Counted from the stretch's first letter, positions 1 to 9,448 are shown. The stretch: DNA of 32,000 nucleotides from Bacillus subtilis subsp. subtilis str. 168 (GCF_000009045.1 NC_000964.3:3720001-3752000); one strand, 5' to 3'. Numbers and translations: made by a program. The notes: a model not told the origin generated them from the letters alone.

Positions 1-711
1 ACTTGATACAGGCGCTGCCCACTCACCCCGATGCGCTTTAAAATCATCGATTGTCATGTAACTGCCGTTATTCTGTAAATGTGAGACAATCCGCTGAGCG
101 AGATCTCCTTCATAAAATGCGCTTCTTCCTTTTTCAGCAATCAAGTTCAGACTGTCTGCAAGCTCTTTTTGCACAAACCGCTCTCCCGGGACAGGTGCTT
201 TGCCCCTTCTCGTGAAGATGTCAGCCGTGTAAGGCGTGGAAGCCAGCAGTTCAATATTCTTTTCTGTGTGACGACACTGATCAGCTGATACAGGAAACCC
301 ATTTTGGGCATAATCGCGTGCGGGCTCCAATACATCTGCAAGAGACAGACGCCCGTACTCCTTCAGGACCGCATCCCAGCTATCAACCATTCCCGGCACG
401 GTAATAGCACTGTCAATTCCCCGCAGCGGAATCGCGCTTTTTCCCTTATATACATCTCTCGTTACGTTTTTTCCTGAACGGCCGCTGCCATTGTAGACTT
501 TTACTGCCTTTGTTTCCTGGTGAAAGGTCAGCCAAAAGGAATCCCCGCCAAGTCCGGTCATATGCGGGTACACAACCGCAAGACAAGCACTCACCGCAAC
601 AGCGGCGTCAAACGCGTTGCCTCCCTTATCCAGTATGCGGTTTCCGGCTTGAGAAGCGAGATAATGCGGACTGACGACCATTTGCTTTGTACCGATGACA
701 GATTTGTTCAT
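1..711 (-). CDS. ywrD: Gamma-glutamyltransferase family protein, 5' part (237 codons in window, C-terminus cut by left edge)
   Basis: Minus-strand reading from ATG at 711 is open to the left edge: MNKSVIGTKQMVVSPHYLASQAGNRILDKGGNAFDAAVAVSACLAVVYPHMTGLGGDSFWLTF..., the typical GGT N-terminus. Absent from the ORF track, probably because it has no in-window stop. Confidence 0.93.
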   Translation of the reverse strand, partial: MNKSVIGTKQMVVSPHYLASQAGNRILDKGGNAFDAAVAVSACLAVVYPHMTGLGGDSFWLTFHQETKAVKVYNGSGRSGKNVTRDVYKGKSAIPLRGIDSAITVPGMVDSWDAVLKEYGRLSLADVLEPARDYAQNGFPVSADQCRHTEKNIELLASTPYTADIFTRRGKAPVPGERFVQKELADSLNLIAEKGRSAFYEGDLAQRIVSHLQNNGSYMTIDDFKAHRGEWAAPVSS

Positions 712-888
712 CACAAGTCCCCTTTTTTAAGAAATTTTCTTCAGTATAGGGAGCCTGATTTTTCACATCTACTGATCCGGCAGAAAAACTGACGAACTTT
801 CTTCTTTTCGCAAATAATAAGATATTTTCGCATTCATTTCGAAAACAAATGAAAAATTATTATTTCTATACGTAACTTTTATGATAAA

Positions 889-1401
889 ATGATTGCTAAA
901 AGGCTACGAAAGCAGGTGGAGCAATTGAGTCATGAATATCAAATCCCCAACCTTGTACTTGATGAGACTGATAAACAAATTCTCACGATTTTGCATGAAG
1001 AAGGCAGAATTTCTTATACGGATCTTGGCAAAAGAGTCGATTTGTCACGGGTCGCCGTTCAGGCCCGTATCAACCAATTAATTGAAGCCGGTGTTATTGA
1101 AAAATTCACCGCTGTCATCAATCCCGCTAAAATCGGCATCCATGTTTCCGTGTTTTTCAATGTCGAGGTAGAACCGCAATTTTTAGAAGAGGTCGCTCTT
1201 AAGCTTGAGGAAGAGCCTGCGGTCACCAGCCTTTATCACATGACAGGCCCGAGCAAGCTGCATATGCATGGGATCTTTACCAACGATCAAGAAATGGAAG
1301 AATTCTTAACAAAACGGCTGTATCCATTGCGAGGCGTCGTCAGTGTTGATTGCCAGATGCTGATCAAACGATACAAAAGCCGTATGGGAATGAAGCTGTA
1401 A
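889..1401 (+). CDS. ywrC: Lrp/AsnC-family transcriptional regulator
   Basis: 170 aa; [47 protein letters not shown] winged HTH plus a RAM-like C-terminal half. Confidence 0.93.
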
Positions 1402-1414
1402 AGGAGAGAAACAA

Positions 1415-2008
1415 ATGAAAAACCATCCTTATCGGGATATGACGGCCGCAATGGTTCGCACCGGCATATTAGGGTTCGGCGGCGGACCTTCCGTGATTCC
1501 GCTGATCCGCCATGAAGCGGTCAATAAATATAAATGGATTGACGATGATGAATTCGGAGAAATATTAGCAATCGCTAATGCGCTTCCCGGACCGATTGCC
1601 ACCAAAATGGCTGCTTATCTGGGCTTTAAGCTAAAAGGCACATTAGGTGCAATTGTGGCGATCCTCGCCCACATTCTGCCTACATGTCTTGCGATGGTGG
1701 GCTTGTTTGCGGCTGTAAATGTGTTAAGCCATTCAGCAATTGTTGCAGGTATGATTGGTGCCGTCACGCCGGTAATTGCGGTCATGCTCGGAATCATGGC
1801 GTACGAGTTTGGCCAAAAAGCGCTTAAAGGTTTCGGCTGGGTTACCGGCATCCTGTTTTTTATCATCGCTTTTATCGGCCTGCAAACTTTACAGATTAAT
1901 CCCGGCCTGGTCATTATCATTTTCTTAGCTTACGGGGCGTTTCATTTTAAACTGAAAGACAAAATCACAAATAAACATTCAAAAGATAAAGGAATGTCAG
2001 CCTCATGA
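1415..2008 (+). CDS. ywrB: Chromate transporter (ChrA) half, first subunit
   Basis: 197 aa; FGGGPSVIPLIRHEAV...ANALPGPIATKMAAYLG motifs of CHR family; overlaps the next CDS by 4 bp (ATGA). Confidence 0.9.
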   Translation: MKNHPYRDMTAAMVRTGILGFGGGPSVIPLIRHEAVNKYKWIDDDEFGEILAIANALPGPIATKMAAYLGFKLKGTLGAIVAILAHILPTCLAMVGLFAAVNVLSHSAIVAGMIGAVTPVIAVMLGIMAYEFGQKALKGFGWVTGILFFIIAFIGLQTLQINPGLVIIIFLAYGAFHFKLKDKITNKHSKDKGMSAS

Positions 2009-2541
2009 TATCGATCTATTTATTTATGGCGTTTTTTATCGCAAACCTACTGGGATATGGCGGCGGACCTGCGTCTATCCCGCTAATGTTTGAAGAAGTC
2101 GTAAACAGATACAGCTGGCTCTCAAACGATCAATTCTCAAATATGCTCGCACTTGCGAACGCATTGCCGGGCCCGATCGCCACGAAAATCGCTGCGTATG
2201 TCGGCTACAGCGCAGGCGGGTGGCCCGGCTTCCTAATTGCCCTGATCGCAACCGTCGTACCGTCGGCGCTCGCATTGATCGTCCTGCTGCGCATCATCCA
2301 GCGCTTCCGCCAATCACCTGTCATCAAAGGCATGACGCTGTCCGTCCAGCCTGTCATCGCGGTCATGATGCTCATTCTTACCTGGCAAATCGGCGCAGAC
2401 GGCATCAAAGCGATCGGCTGGGTCCAATCGATCGTGATTACGGGAATTTCGCTCCTTGCCATGACAAAATTCAAAATGCATCCGGCATTTTTGATTATTG
2501 CGGCGTTTTTATATGGGGGCCTTGTGATCCCTTATTTATAG
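2005..2541 (+). CDS. ywrA: Chromate transporter (ChrA) half, second subunit
   Basis: 178 aa; GYGGGPASIPLMFEEVV...ANALPGPIATKIAAYVGY, homologous to the preceding gene. Confidence 0.9.
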   Translation: MISIYLFMAFFIANLLGYGGGPASIPLMFEEVVNRYSWLSNDQFSNMLALANALPGPIATKIAAYVGYSAGGWPGFLIALIATVVPSALALIVLLRIIQRFRQSPVIKGMTLSVQPVIAVMMLILTWQIGADGIKAIGWVQSIVITGISLLAMTKFKMHPAFLIIAAFLYGGLVIPYL

Positions 2542-2571
2542 AAAAAAGCACCTGGACAGGTGCTTTTTTAT
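2542..2571. terminator. Bidirectional Rho-independent terminator between convergent ywrA and ywqO
   Basis: aaaaaagcacctggacaggtgctttttt. Confidence 0.85.
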
Positions 2572-2789
2572 TTTAGCCCAGAAATGCCGTTTGATATGAC
2601 AGCTGTTTCTTCTCCTGCGTCACTCTTGATCATGTGCTTGACTTGCAGCGTGGTTCCTGCCATTCTCACAGATTGCTTCAACTGGGACGAATTGGTTTCA
2701 ACTTGTATCCAAACAGGAGGCTGGACCTTCCAAAATAAATAGAGTGCAAGAATCAGCAAGCCAGCAATGACCGACAGCAAAAACTTCAT
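2568..2789 (-). CDS. ywqO: Small membrane-anchored protein of unknown function
   Basis: 73 aa with N-terminal TM segment (MKFLLSVIAGLLILALYLFW); overlaps the upstream gene by 4 bp. Confidence 0.7.
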   Translation of the reverse strand: MKFLLSVIAGLLILALYLFWKVQPPVWIQVETNSSQLKQSVRMAGTTLQVKHMIKSDAGEETAVISNGISGLK

Positions 2790-3331
2790 ATCGCATCGCT
2801 TCTTTTCAGTAAGCGGCTCGCAGCGGACAGCGCCTGATGATCACGAAGAATATCGCCTGGACGATTGCCTTCTCCCAGCACATAGCCTTTAAAGGACATT
2901 CCCATAAAATGAAAAATATGTTCGAATTGCTGAATCAGCGGCAGCCCTTTTATTTTTGGATTGTCTCCGCCCACTGCTATTACATATGCCTGTTTCACTG
3001 ACATTTGCTGTTTAAAATCAGGAAATCTCGGATCTCTCAACGTCTGTGACCAGCGATCAATAAACAGCTTTAATGTCCCTGACATGCCAAACCAATAAAT
3101 TGGGGTGGCGAATATAAGAATATGGCACTGCAATATCCGTTCAATGATAGAATCGTAGTCATCTTGAACAGGACGAAAGCCGCCTTGGGCGTGACGCAGA
3201 TCTTCAATTGGTTGAATTGGATATTTCTGCAAATAAATGTGCTCCGCATCGAATCCTTGAACAGCCTTCTCCGCAAGAACATCCGTATTTCCGCCAGACC
3301 GAGTTCCGCCGTTAATAACCGCAATTTTCAT
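2786..3331 (-). CDS. ywqN: NADPH-dependent FMN reductase-like flavoprotein
   Basis: MKIAVINGGTRSGGNTDVLAEKA...FATPIYWFGMSGTLKLFIDRW; the internal Met at 3331 fits better than the ORF-track start at 3373. Confidence 0.9.
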   Translation of the reverse strand: MKIAVINGGTRSGGNTDVLAEKAVQGFDAEHIYLQKYPIQPIEDLRHAQGGFRPVQDDYDSIIERILQCHILIFATPIYWFGMSGTLKLFIDRWSQTLRDPRFPDFKQQMSVKQAYVIAVGGDNPKIKGLPLIQQFEHIFHFMGMSFKGYVLGEGNRPGDILRDHQALSAASRLLKRSDAI

Positions 3332-3453
3332 GATGCATCTGCTCCTTTGTTTACGAATGATTTTCTTCATCATATAATGGATTCATCAATCAATACAGAT
3401 GATTATTTCGATTAATCCAATCGCTAAAACCGATTTAGAAAGGAAGAGAACAA

Positions 3454-4335
3454 GTGGAATTGAAGCAGCTGATCACCTTTATTACGGCGGCTGAACATGT
3501 AAACTTCACCCTAACCGCCAAAATGCTTAATTATGCACAATCAAGCGTTACCTCTCAGATCAAATCACTTGAAGAAGAAATCGGAACGCCTTTATTTGAA
3601 CGGCTCGGCAAGCGGCTTATCTTGACAGAAGCAGGAAAAACGTTCAAATCTTATGCACAGAAGATCATTGCGTTAACAGAAGAAGCGAAAATGGCCACAA
3701 ATCAAGTAAGAGAAACAACCGGAACCTTAAAAATCGGGGCGACGGAAAGCCAGTGCACATACCGCCTGCCCCCTATCATAAAAGAATTTAAACAGGCTTT
3801 TCCCCAAGTAAAGCTCATATTCAAACCATATATCTCCAATGAACAAGCGAAAGAACAGCTCTTACAGGGCCAGCTTGATATCACCTTCATCTTGGATGTA
3901 AACCGGATGGAAGACGCACTGCACGTTGAATCTTTGATTCAGGATGAGATCAAAATGGTGGCTGCTAATGACCATCCTTTTCCTGCGGATTTACCAGTAA
4001 CATTGAAGGATCTTCAAAACGAAACTCTTCTGCTGACAGAGGACGGCTGCTCGTACCGCACGCTCTTTGAGAACAATTTGCATGACTCCGGTATCTATCC
4101 TAACAAATTGGAATTCGTCAGCATAGAAGCCATCAAACAATGCGTGATGGCCGGACTTGGGATTGGAATCTTGCCTGAAATGACAGTAAAAGATGATATT
4201 GCAGCAGGCCGGATGAAAGAACTCAATTGGCAGAGCGATTGCCCCGTTTTCACTCAATTAGCATGGCATAAGGACAAGTGGATGTCTGCGCCATTAAAGG
4301 CTTTTATCGATTTGACACGGAAAACATTCAAATAA
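3454..4335 (+). CDS. ywqM: LysR-family transcriptional regulator
   Basis: 293 aa, GTG start; MELKQLITFITAAEHVNFTLTAKMLNYAQSSVTSQIKSLEEEIGTPLFERLGKRL; divergent from ywqN. Confidence 0.93.
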   Translation: MELKQLITFITAAEHVNFTLTAKMLNYAQSSVTSQIKSLEEEIGTPLFERLGKRLILTEAGKTFKSYAQKIIALTEEAKMATNQVRETTGTLKIGATESQCTYRLPPIIKEFKQAFPQVKLIFKPYISNEQAKEQLLQGQLDITFILDVNRMEDALHVESLIQDEIKMVAANDHPFPADLPVTLKDLQNETLLLTEDGCSYRTLFENNLHDSGIYPNKLEFVSIEAIKQCVMAGLGIGILPEMTVKDDIAAGRMKELNWQSDCPVFTQLAWHKDKWMSAPLKAFIDLTRKTFK

Positions 4336-4385
4336 AACCTCTCCACAAGGACGACAAGGTTTTTGAGACCAGGGCACACACATAC

Positions 4386-4421
4386 AAAAAAAACACTTGA
4401 TGACTTAGAGCCCCAAGTGTT
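4386..4421 (-). terminator. Terminator of the ywqHIJKL unit (minus strand)
   Basis: Minus strand: aacacttg-gggctctaagtcat-caagtgtttttttt, directly after the ywqL stop. Confidence 0.8.
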
Positions 4422-5136
4422 ACACGTGATTTTTCTGATAAAACGTTCGCAAAACATGCGTCTCAAGGTCAGCCAGGCGGACAGGGATCGGCAGCCTGCT
4501 TTCTTGATTGATCAAGCTCATCGTGATCTGATAGCTGCTGTCTAAATCAATATAATTACCGCAAGACAAGAAAATAGGCTTCACGTCCCGCCGCGTTCGC
4601 AGCGCCCGTCCATATACCTCGCCGTCAATGATAATATCGGTGTATGCGCCTACTTCAATTTCAGGCGTCACGAAATCGCAGCCTTTGATTTTGAGATAGG
4701 TTTTCGCTATCCCAATCGTCGGCTTGCCCAGAAAAAAAGCCGCATGGGTGGCAACGCCCATATGATTGTAATGCAGATATCCGTTGCCATCAAACAAGAA
4801 GACATCCGGCTCCGTCTCCAGCTTTTTCGCCGCCTCGATGATCAAGGGCAGCTCGCGAAACGCAAGAAAACCGGAAACATACGGCACGCTGATTCTCCCC
4901 ATGCTGTGCACTTTTTCAATGACTTCTTTTGTATCAGCGTCAATTACGATAATACAGCACACTCCGTATGGTTCTCCATCCTGCTCCCAATAGGCCAGGT
5001 CGACGCCTGCGCAGGTGTTGATGGAGTCTGGATGGATCGTGGGGGATAGGTTGATACGATTTTTAAGGTTAAATTGCACTTGTAAAAAGTCTTGTTCCTT
5101 TTTCATATCAAATTTATGCACATCAAATACCTTCAT
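4420..5136 (-). CDS. ywqL: Endonuclease V
   Basis: 238 aa; TCAGVDLAYW...YGVCCIIVIDADT...SYVSGFLAFRELPLI-type core (VPYVSGFLAFRELP, DVFLFDGNGYLHYNHMGVATHAAFFLGKPTIGIAKT) typical of Nfi/EndoV. Confidence 0.93.
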   Translation of the reverse strand: MKVFDVHKFDMKKEQDFLQVQFNLKNRINLSPTIHPDSINTCAGVDLAYWEQDGEPYGVCCIIVIDADTKEVIEKVHSMGRISVPYVSGFLAFRELPLIIEAAKKLETEPDVFLFDGNGYLHYNHMGVATHAAFFLGKPTIGIAKTYLKIKGCDFVTPEIEVGAYTDIIIDGEVYGRALRTRRDVKPIFLSCGNYIDLDSSYQITMSLINQESRLPIPVRLADLETHVLRTFYQKNHV

Positions 5137-5145
5137 AACGATTGC

Positions 5146-5610
5146 TCACTCTCGACCTAAATTAATGTGAGTCTCTCTTCTCGATTCTAGTATTTCAAAA
5201 TGAGGACTATCTGTATCTATCTCGTACTTATTTAATAGATTGCCTTCTTCATCCCAATTCTTTTCAGAAATTAGTATGGAATGCTCATACTGTTGCTCAC
5301 TTTTTTTCCTGCCATTTTCAAACCAAATTATGCTTATACCGTGCAATTGCCCATATCGGTATTCTTTTTCACTTTTTTTATTCCCGTTTTCATAAAATTC
5401 ACATGTTAAACCATGGGCCAGACCATTCTTATATTTAGTAAAATAGATGATTTGACCATTTGGATATAATTCGTAAGCCAGCCCTGTAAACGGCTGGCCA
5501 TTTTCGTCTTCAGGATTATCTAAAATCTCATCACTTACCGAAGAGAACCATAAATCCTCAAAGTCCACTCCCTTTTCTTTTATACTCTTCATATCATATT
5601 CATTTTCCAT
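5146..5610 (-). CDS. ywqK: MORN-repeat-like protein, predicted immunity protein for YwqJ
   Basis: 154 aa; repeats such as YPNGQIIYFTKYKNGLAHGLTCEFYENGNKKSEKEYRYGQLHGISIIWFENGRKKSEQQY; lies immediately 3' of and overlaps the toxin gene. Confidence 0.88.
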   Translation of the reverse strand: MENEYDMKSIKEKGVDFEDLWFSSVSDEILDNPEDENGQPFTGLAYELYPNGQIIYFTKYKNGLAHGLTCEFYENGNKKSEKEYRYGQLHGISIIWFENGRKKSEQQYEHSILISEKNWDEEGNLLNKYEIDTDSPHFEILESRRETHINLGRE

Positions 5611-7408
5611 ACTTTAAAGCCTCCGGTATATAATTTGTATTTTGAGTTATATATTCACAATGTGGACATCTAGGCATTGGGACACCTTCTGGCATCTTTT
5701 TATTTATTTTCCTAGCACTTACTACATATACCATTAAATCTTTTAAATCCGCATCAGGTCTTTGAAGTAACGCTTCATTTAGAGCATTAACTTCGGCATG
5801 AGAACCCGCCCCTGACGTCTTTATATAACCTTCTTTAAGTTCTGTAGGCATATTTACAATTCTATCATGAATAAGTGGATGTAGTACCTTAGGTGGCTTC
5901 CCATCTATATTGTTTATTCCAAAATAATAATTGCCTGTTTTTTTGTCCAATACACCAGCTACCGCAGGGCCTCTTTGTTTTTTAGTTAGACCAGAAGATT
6001 TAATTCTACTAAGTTCGTTTAGTACTTCTGCCCTTAGATTTATTCGATGGTGAAGATCTTCTTTAGACAATACACCATGCTTATTTCTTAAATATTGAAG
6101 CCTAGTTTGTTTTTCTTCAGTAGTCTTAGCAATATTGCTAATAAGGCTTTCATTACTCACTTTATTGACATATGGAGCATTTTTTTGGTACAACCGATCA
6201 AAGTAGTGTGCCAATCCTGCTCCACCAATAATAGTAATAGCTTCCAGCGCCCCTTGCTTCCGCTTCTCCTCAGACACTTTGTTTCCGAACATATCCCGGC
6301 CTGTGACAGCTTCTGAGAATCCGTTTGACGCAACAAGGCCGTATGCGCCCATTTCTGTCATTTTGAGAATGTCTAAGGATTTGCCTGTTTTGTAGGCGTC
6401 TAATGCGTGTTCAGCAGCGATAGCTGCTTTTCCGGTTTTGTAGATGGCTTTTCCGCCTTTGAAGGCCCGGCCTGCCCAGCCGACGACTGGTATGAATCCG
6501 GCAGCGGCCATAGCTCCTGCTGTCACACGCTCCGCGGTGGAGAGTTTTTCTCCGGTAACCGGATCAACGCCTTCGGTTGCTCTTTTATAATCATAATAGC
6601 CAGTGACTTCTCCAGTAAAGTTGCAAACTCCATCCCATGTTTTTTCGTACCACGGTTTGTTTGCTTCTTCCTCGGCTTTTTCCTGGAGCCGTCTTGCTTC
6701 TGCTTGCTGGGTTTTTGCATCGATATAGGTTGTTCCTTGATTTTCTACTTCAATGACGCTTTTGTAGACTTCATTGCTGTGGAAGGCTTTTTTGTCATAG
6801 TACATAGGGGATGCGCTCTTCCCATTGCTGGTGGCCTGCATGAGAACAGAATATTTGGTGAGCACTGCGTTGTCCAGAGATTCTAAATTTTGATATTCAG
6901 TGGTCAGGGATTCATCAAGCTTATCGACAGCTGTGATTGTATCACGTCTGATTTTTTGGGCATCGCCCATCTTATCTGCATAGTCGTCAAGCGTGTACAT
7001 GTCGAGATCAATAATATCGCTGATGCCTGACAAAATAGAATCGATTTCTTCTTTATGAGCGGAGACAATCTCTGAGGCTTTCAGGTCTCCATTGGGCAGC
7101 TCATGATCCAAAAAAGAAGTTTCCACATATGAATCATTCAGTTCTTGATCTTTAATATCTCCTGAAATGCCGTTTAAAAACGCAATTTGAGCAGAGACAA
7201 GCGTCAGCCAGCTGTCTACGATTTCTGCCTGTCCCTGAAAAAAATCTTTAATATTGTCCGCGCCATTTCCTTTAAAATTATCGCCTAAATCGGCAACTCC
7301 CTGAAACGCTTTTTTCAGCGTATTCAGCTGCTCTTCAAGCGTCTCATATTGCTTTTTTCTGCTCTTCGCTTCTTCGATTAAAGATTTTGATTCAAATACT
7401 TTACTCAT
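5600..7408 (-). CDS. ywqJ: LXG-domain polymorphic toxin with C-terminal YwqJ-type deaminase domain
   Basis: 602 aa; N-terminal LXG-like helical domain; central YEKTWDGVCNFTGEVTGYYDYKRATEGVDPVTGEKLSTAERVTAGAMAAAGFIPVVGWAGRAFKGGKA pre-toxin linker; C-terminus has GSHAEVNALNEAL and PRCPHC zinc-dependent deaminase motifs. Confidence 0.93.
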   Translation of the reverse strand: MSKVFESKSLIEEAKSRKKQYETLEEQLNTLKKAFQGVADLGDNFKGNGADNIKDFFQGQAEIVDSWLTLVSAQIAFLNGISGDIKDQELNDSYVETSFLDHELPNGDLKASEIVSAHKEEIDSILSGISDIIDLDMYTLDDYADKMGDAQKIRRDTITAVDKLDESLTTEYQNLESLDNAVLTKYSVLMQATSNGKSASPMYYDKKAFHSNEVYKSVIEVENQGTTYIDAKTQQAEARRLQEKAEEEANKPWYEKTWDGVCNFTGEVTGYYDYKRATEGVDPVTGEKLSTAERVTAGAMAAAGFIPVVGWAGRAFKGGKAIYKTGKAAIAAEHALDAYKTGKSLDILKMTEMGAYGLVASNGFSEAVTGRDMFGNKVSEEKRKQGALEAITIIGGAGLAHYFDRLYQKNAPYVNKVSNESLISNIAKTTEEKQTRLQYLRNKHGVLSKEDLHHRINLRAEVLNELSRIKSSGLTKKQRGPAVAGVLDKKTGNYYFGINNIDGKPPKVLHPLIHDRIVNMPTELKEGYIKTSGAGSHAEVNALNEALLQRPDADLKDLMVYVVSARKINKKMPEGVPMPRCPHCEYITQNTNYIPEALKYGK

Positions 7409-7426
7409 CGCACTGCCCTTTCTGTT

Positions 7427-7687
7427 CTATTTTACCGCTATCGCCTCGTCCTGCTCTTTGAGTGAATCTACGTTATCCTTTGTATCCTCGATATTTTTCT
7501 GTACCGCTTTTTTGTAATCTCCGAGCATGGTTTTGATGTTCTCCTCACGCTCATGGTATTTTTTCGTATAATCGAGGCTGTTTTTTCCGTTGGATCCTGC
7601 GGCGCCGATTGATACGTCAGCAAGCGCATCTTTGACAGAATCTAATGTTTTGATGACTGTGTCGTACTTCAGCTTAATTTCTGACAT
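7427..7687 (-). CDS. ywqI: Small helical protein co-encoded with LXG toxin
   Basis: 86 aa; MSEIKLKYDTVIKTLDSVKDALADVSIGAAGSNGKNSLDYTKKYHEREENIKTMLGDYKKAVQKNIEDTKDNVDSLKEQDEAIA. Confidence 0.87.
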   Translation of the reverse strand: MSEIKLKYDTVIKTLDSVKDALADVSIGAAGSNGKNSLDYTKKYHEREENIKTMLGDYKKAVQKNIEDTKDNVDSLKEQDEAIAVK

Positions 7688-7696
7688 AAAAAAAGA

Positions 7697-8128
7697 TCAC
7701 CACCATTTTAGTTTACTAATTGTATTTCCGACTTCTTCCGCGAACTCTTCTCCCTTTTTAAGAAGATCTGCTGCACCATTTGCTATGAACAATTCCGATG
7801 CATATTTAGCTTTATCCCATTCAAGATCAAAAATTTTCCCGTTAATCGAAGCCATATACTCGTTATATTTATCATTCACAATCTTAGATGCTTCCGATTT
7901 CGCCTCTTCTCTTCCCTTGTCGAAATCATCGGCTTTTGTTCCCGTCCAATGCTTGCCCAATTCCGGTTTCACAATTTCTTTGATTTCAGTGATTGCCTCT
8001 TCTTGCAGTGTGTCTATGTCCTTTTTTGCTTTTTTCAGCTTTTCGATCTTGTCTTCCACGTCTGAAATTTTTCCGTTGAGCGAACTTTTGATATCCGCTA
8101 GCATACTTTCATAACCCATCTGAATCAC
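7697..8128 (-). CDS. ywqH: Coiled-coil small protein co-encoded with LXG toxin (YwqH-like)
   Basis: 143 aa in the track (an internal Met gives 140); ADIKSSLNGKISDVEDKIEKLKKAKKDIDTLQEE...; first gene of the unit. Confidence 0.87.
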   Translation of the reverse strand: MIQMGYESMLADIKSSLNGKISDVEDKIEKLKKAKKDIDTLQEEAITEIKEIVKPELGKHWTGTKADDFDKGREEAKSEASKIVNDKYNEYMASINGKIFDLEWDKAKYASELFIANGAADLLKKGEEFAEEVGNTISKLKWW

Positions 8129-8335
8129 CTCTTAATACTCAAAAAGTCGTATGGAGGGGCTGATGAAGATAGACTTTTCCATACTTTATTTCCATATATT
8201 ATATTTTAAAATAGCCAGAAGGCGGCTTAAATAGGGTAAATGGCTTAATTTAGGCATATAACGCTCTTGAAATGTAGGTATTTGATCTTGTTTTTGTTCG
8301 TTATACAGCTAATAAAAGCGTTTTATAAAATGAAA

Positions 8336-8461
8336 TCACCTAATGTCATAGTTATAAAGGCACTTGAAAGAGGCAGATGTTGTTGATCTGCCTCTTTCGG
8401 CGCTGAGCTTATTGTTCATGTTTATGTTCTTCATCTGGTCGGCCATGTCTGATTTTGTCAT
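8336..8461 (-). other. Weak small-ORF candidate (41 codons) between ywqG and ywqH
   Basis: MTKSDMADQMKNINMNNKLSAERGRSTTSASFKCLYNYDIR; purine-rich run upstream but poorly spaced; C-terminal half lies over an inverted repeat. Confidence 0.15.
8366..8398. terminator. Perfect inverted repeat, likely transcription end or stem-loop downstream of ywqG
   Basis: gaaagaggcagat-gttgttg-atctgcctctttc (13-bp arms, 7-nt loop); lacks a strong T tract on either side. Confidence 0.5.
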
Positions 8462-8510
8462 TTGGCTTCTATTATTCCCCCCTTCTGACCCTTTGGATCA
8501 AAAGCTTGTA

Positions 8511-9296
8511 TTAGCTGCAGTCCCAGTTGTACAGAACGTTTGAAAAGTCTTTTTTCCTTAGATCTTCAGGTGTGATGAAAAAATTGGCGATGCCGACGTC
8601 TCCCCACATTGAATCGATATCATCGTCTGAATCAATTTGTAACAGCATGATGGTGTGTTCTTTATATGCGTATTCCCGGGGATCATGCTGGGTAAAAGAA
8701 GCGTATCCGCCAATTTTATGGCCAAATCCGTTTTCAGCCAGTTCATTATAAATGTCTTCTTCATCCTCGCCGAACTGACCAAAGAACTCCATTGTTTCCA
8801 TGCCCGTATACTGCTCAAATTGAAAATCTGTAGGCAGCACCCATTCCGAAGATTTCACAGGCTCGACTGCCGCTTCTGATAAAATCGGAAAATCACATTC
8901 GCCTGTGCCAATAAATGAAAAATCAGAAACAAGCTCGTCATCGTTTTCTACGATATTTTCAAAATAGATCACTCTGAAATTCTTTTGTTCACATCGATCG
9001 TCAAAATTCAATCCATAGACGTCATCATGAACAGAAATGTAGAACTGCAGGATACCTGAAGAAGGGTAGCCGTCAAGCTGGGGAATGTGCGAGAAATTAA
9101 TCTGCGCCAGAAGTTTCATCGGCTGTCCATTTTCGTCAGTCGGATATGTTTCATGCTTGGGGAAATAGGGATCACCGGCAATTTTGCTGTCATATCGTCC
9201 TGTTTTCCCCTTTCTCACATTCAGTTTCACGTATTCTTTCGCTGATTTCTCCAGCAAGTCGCGGTACGGTCTCATTTTTTCGGGCAGATGATTCAT
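8511..9296 (-). CDS. ywqG: DUF1963 (YwqG-like) family protein
   Basis: 261 aa; [40 protein letters not shown]...[29 protein letters not shown]. Confidence 0.9.
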
Positions 9297-9448
9297 CAGA
9301 TTCTCTCCTTTTCCGGCATCTCCAAGGTTTTATTTTCTGGTTTTCTTCTAATGTTTTTCAAACGAATGTTTAAAGAAGCCCTACTTCTGCATAATTTTCC
9401 AAACAATAGTTAAATAGTAGCAAATGTATTCAGCACCCCGCAATAGAT

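Noticed and set aside
147-341. 64-aa plus-strand ORF near left edge
   Set aside because: Lies antisense within the gamma-glutamyltransferase gene, which is open on the minus strand across 1-711.
1415-2541. Frameshifted single chromate transporter
   Set aside because: The two halves are each complete with their own start and overlap as ATGA, a normal arrangement for split CHR-family transporters, so not a broken gene.
4336-4365. Possible terminator after ywqM (aaaacctctccacaaggacgacaaggttttt)
   Set aside because: Stem is short with a long loop; may work but too weak to list as a supported terminator.
6095-6886. Plus-strand ORFs (73 and 159 aa) antisense to ywqJ
   Set aside because: Mirror-frame artefacts across the LXG toxin gene, no RBS or domain support.
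7590-8114. 174-aa plus-strand ORF opposite ywqH/ywqI
   Set aside because: Antisense to two supported toxin-operon genes; Ser/Leu-rich shadow translation.
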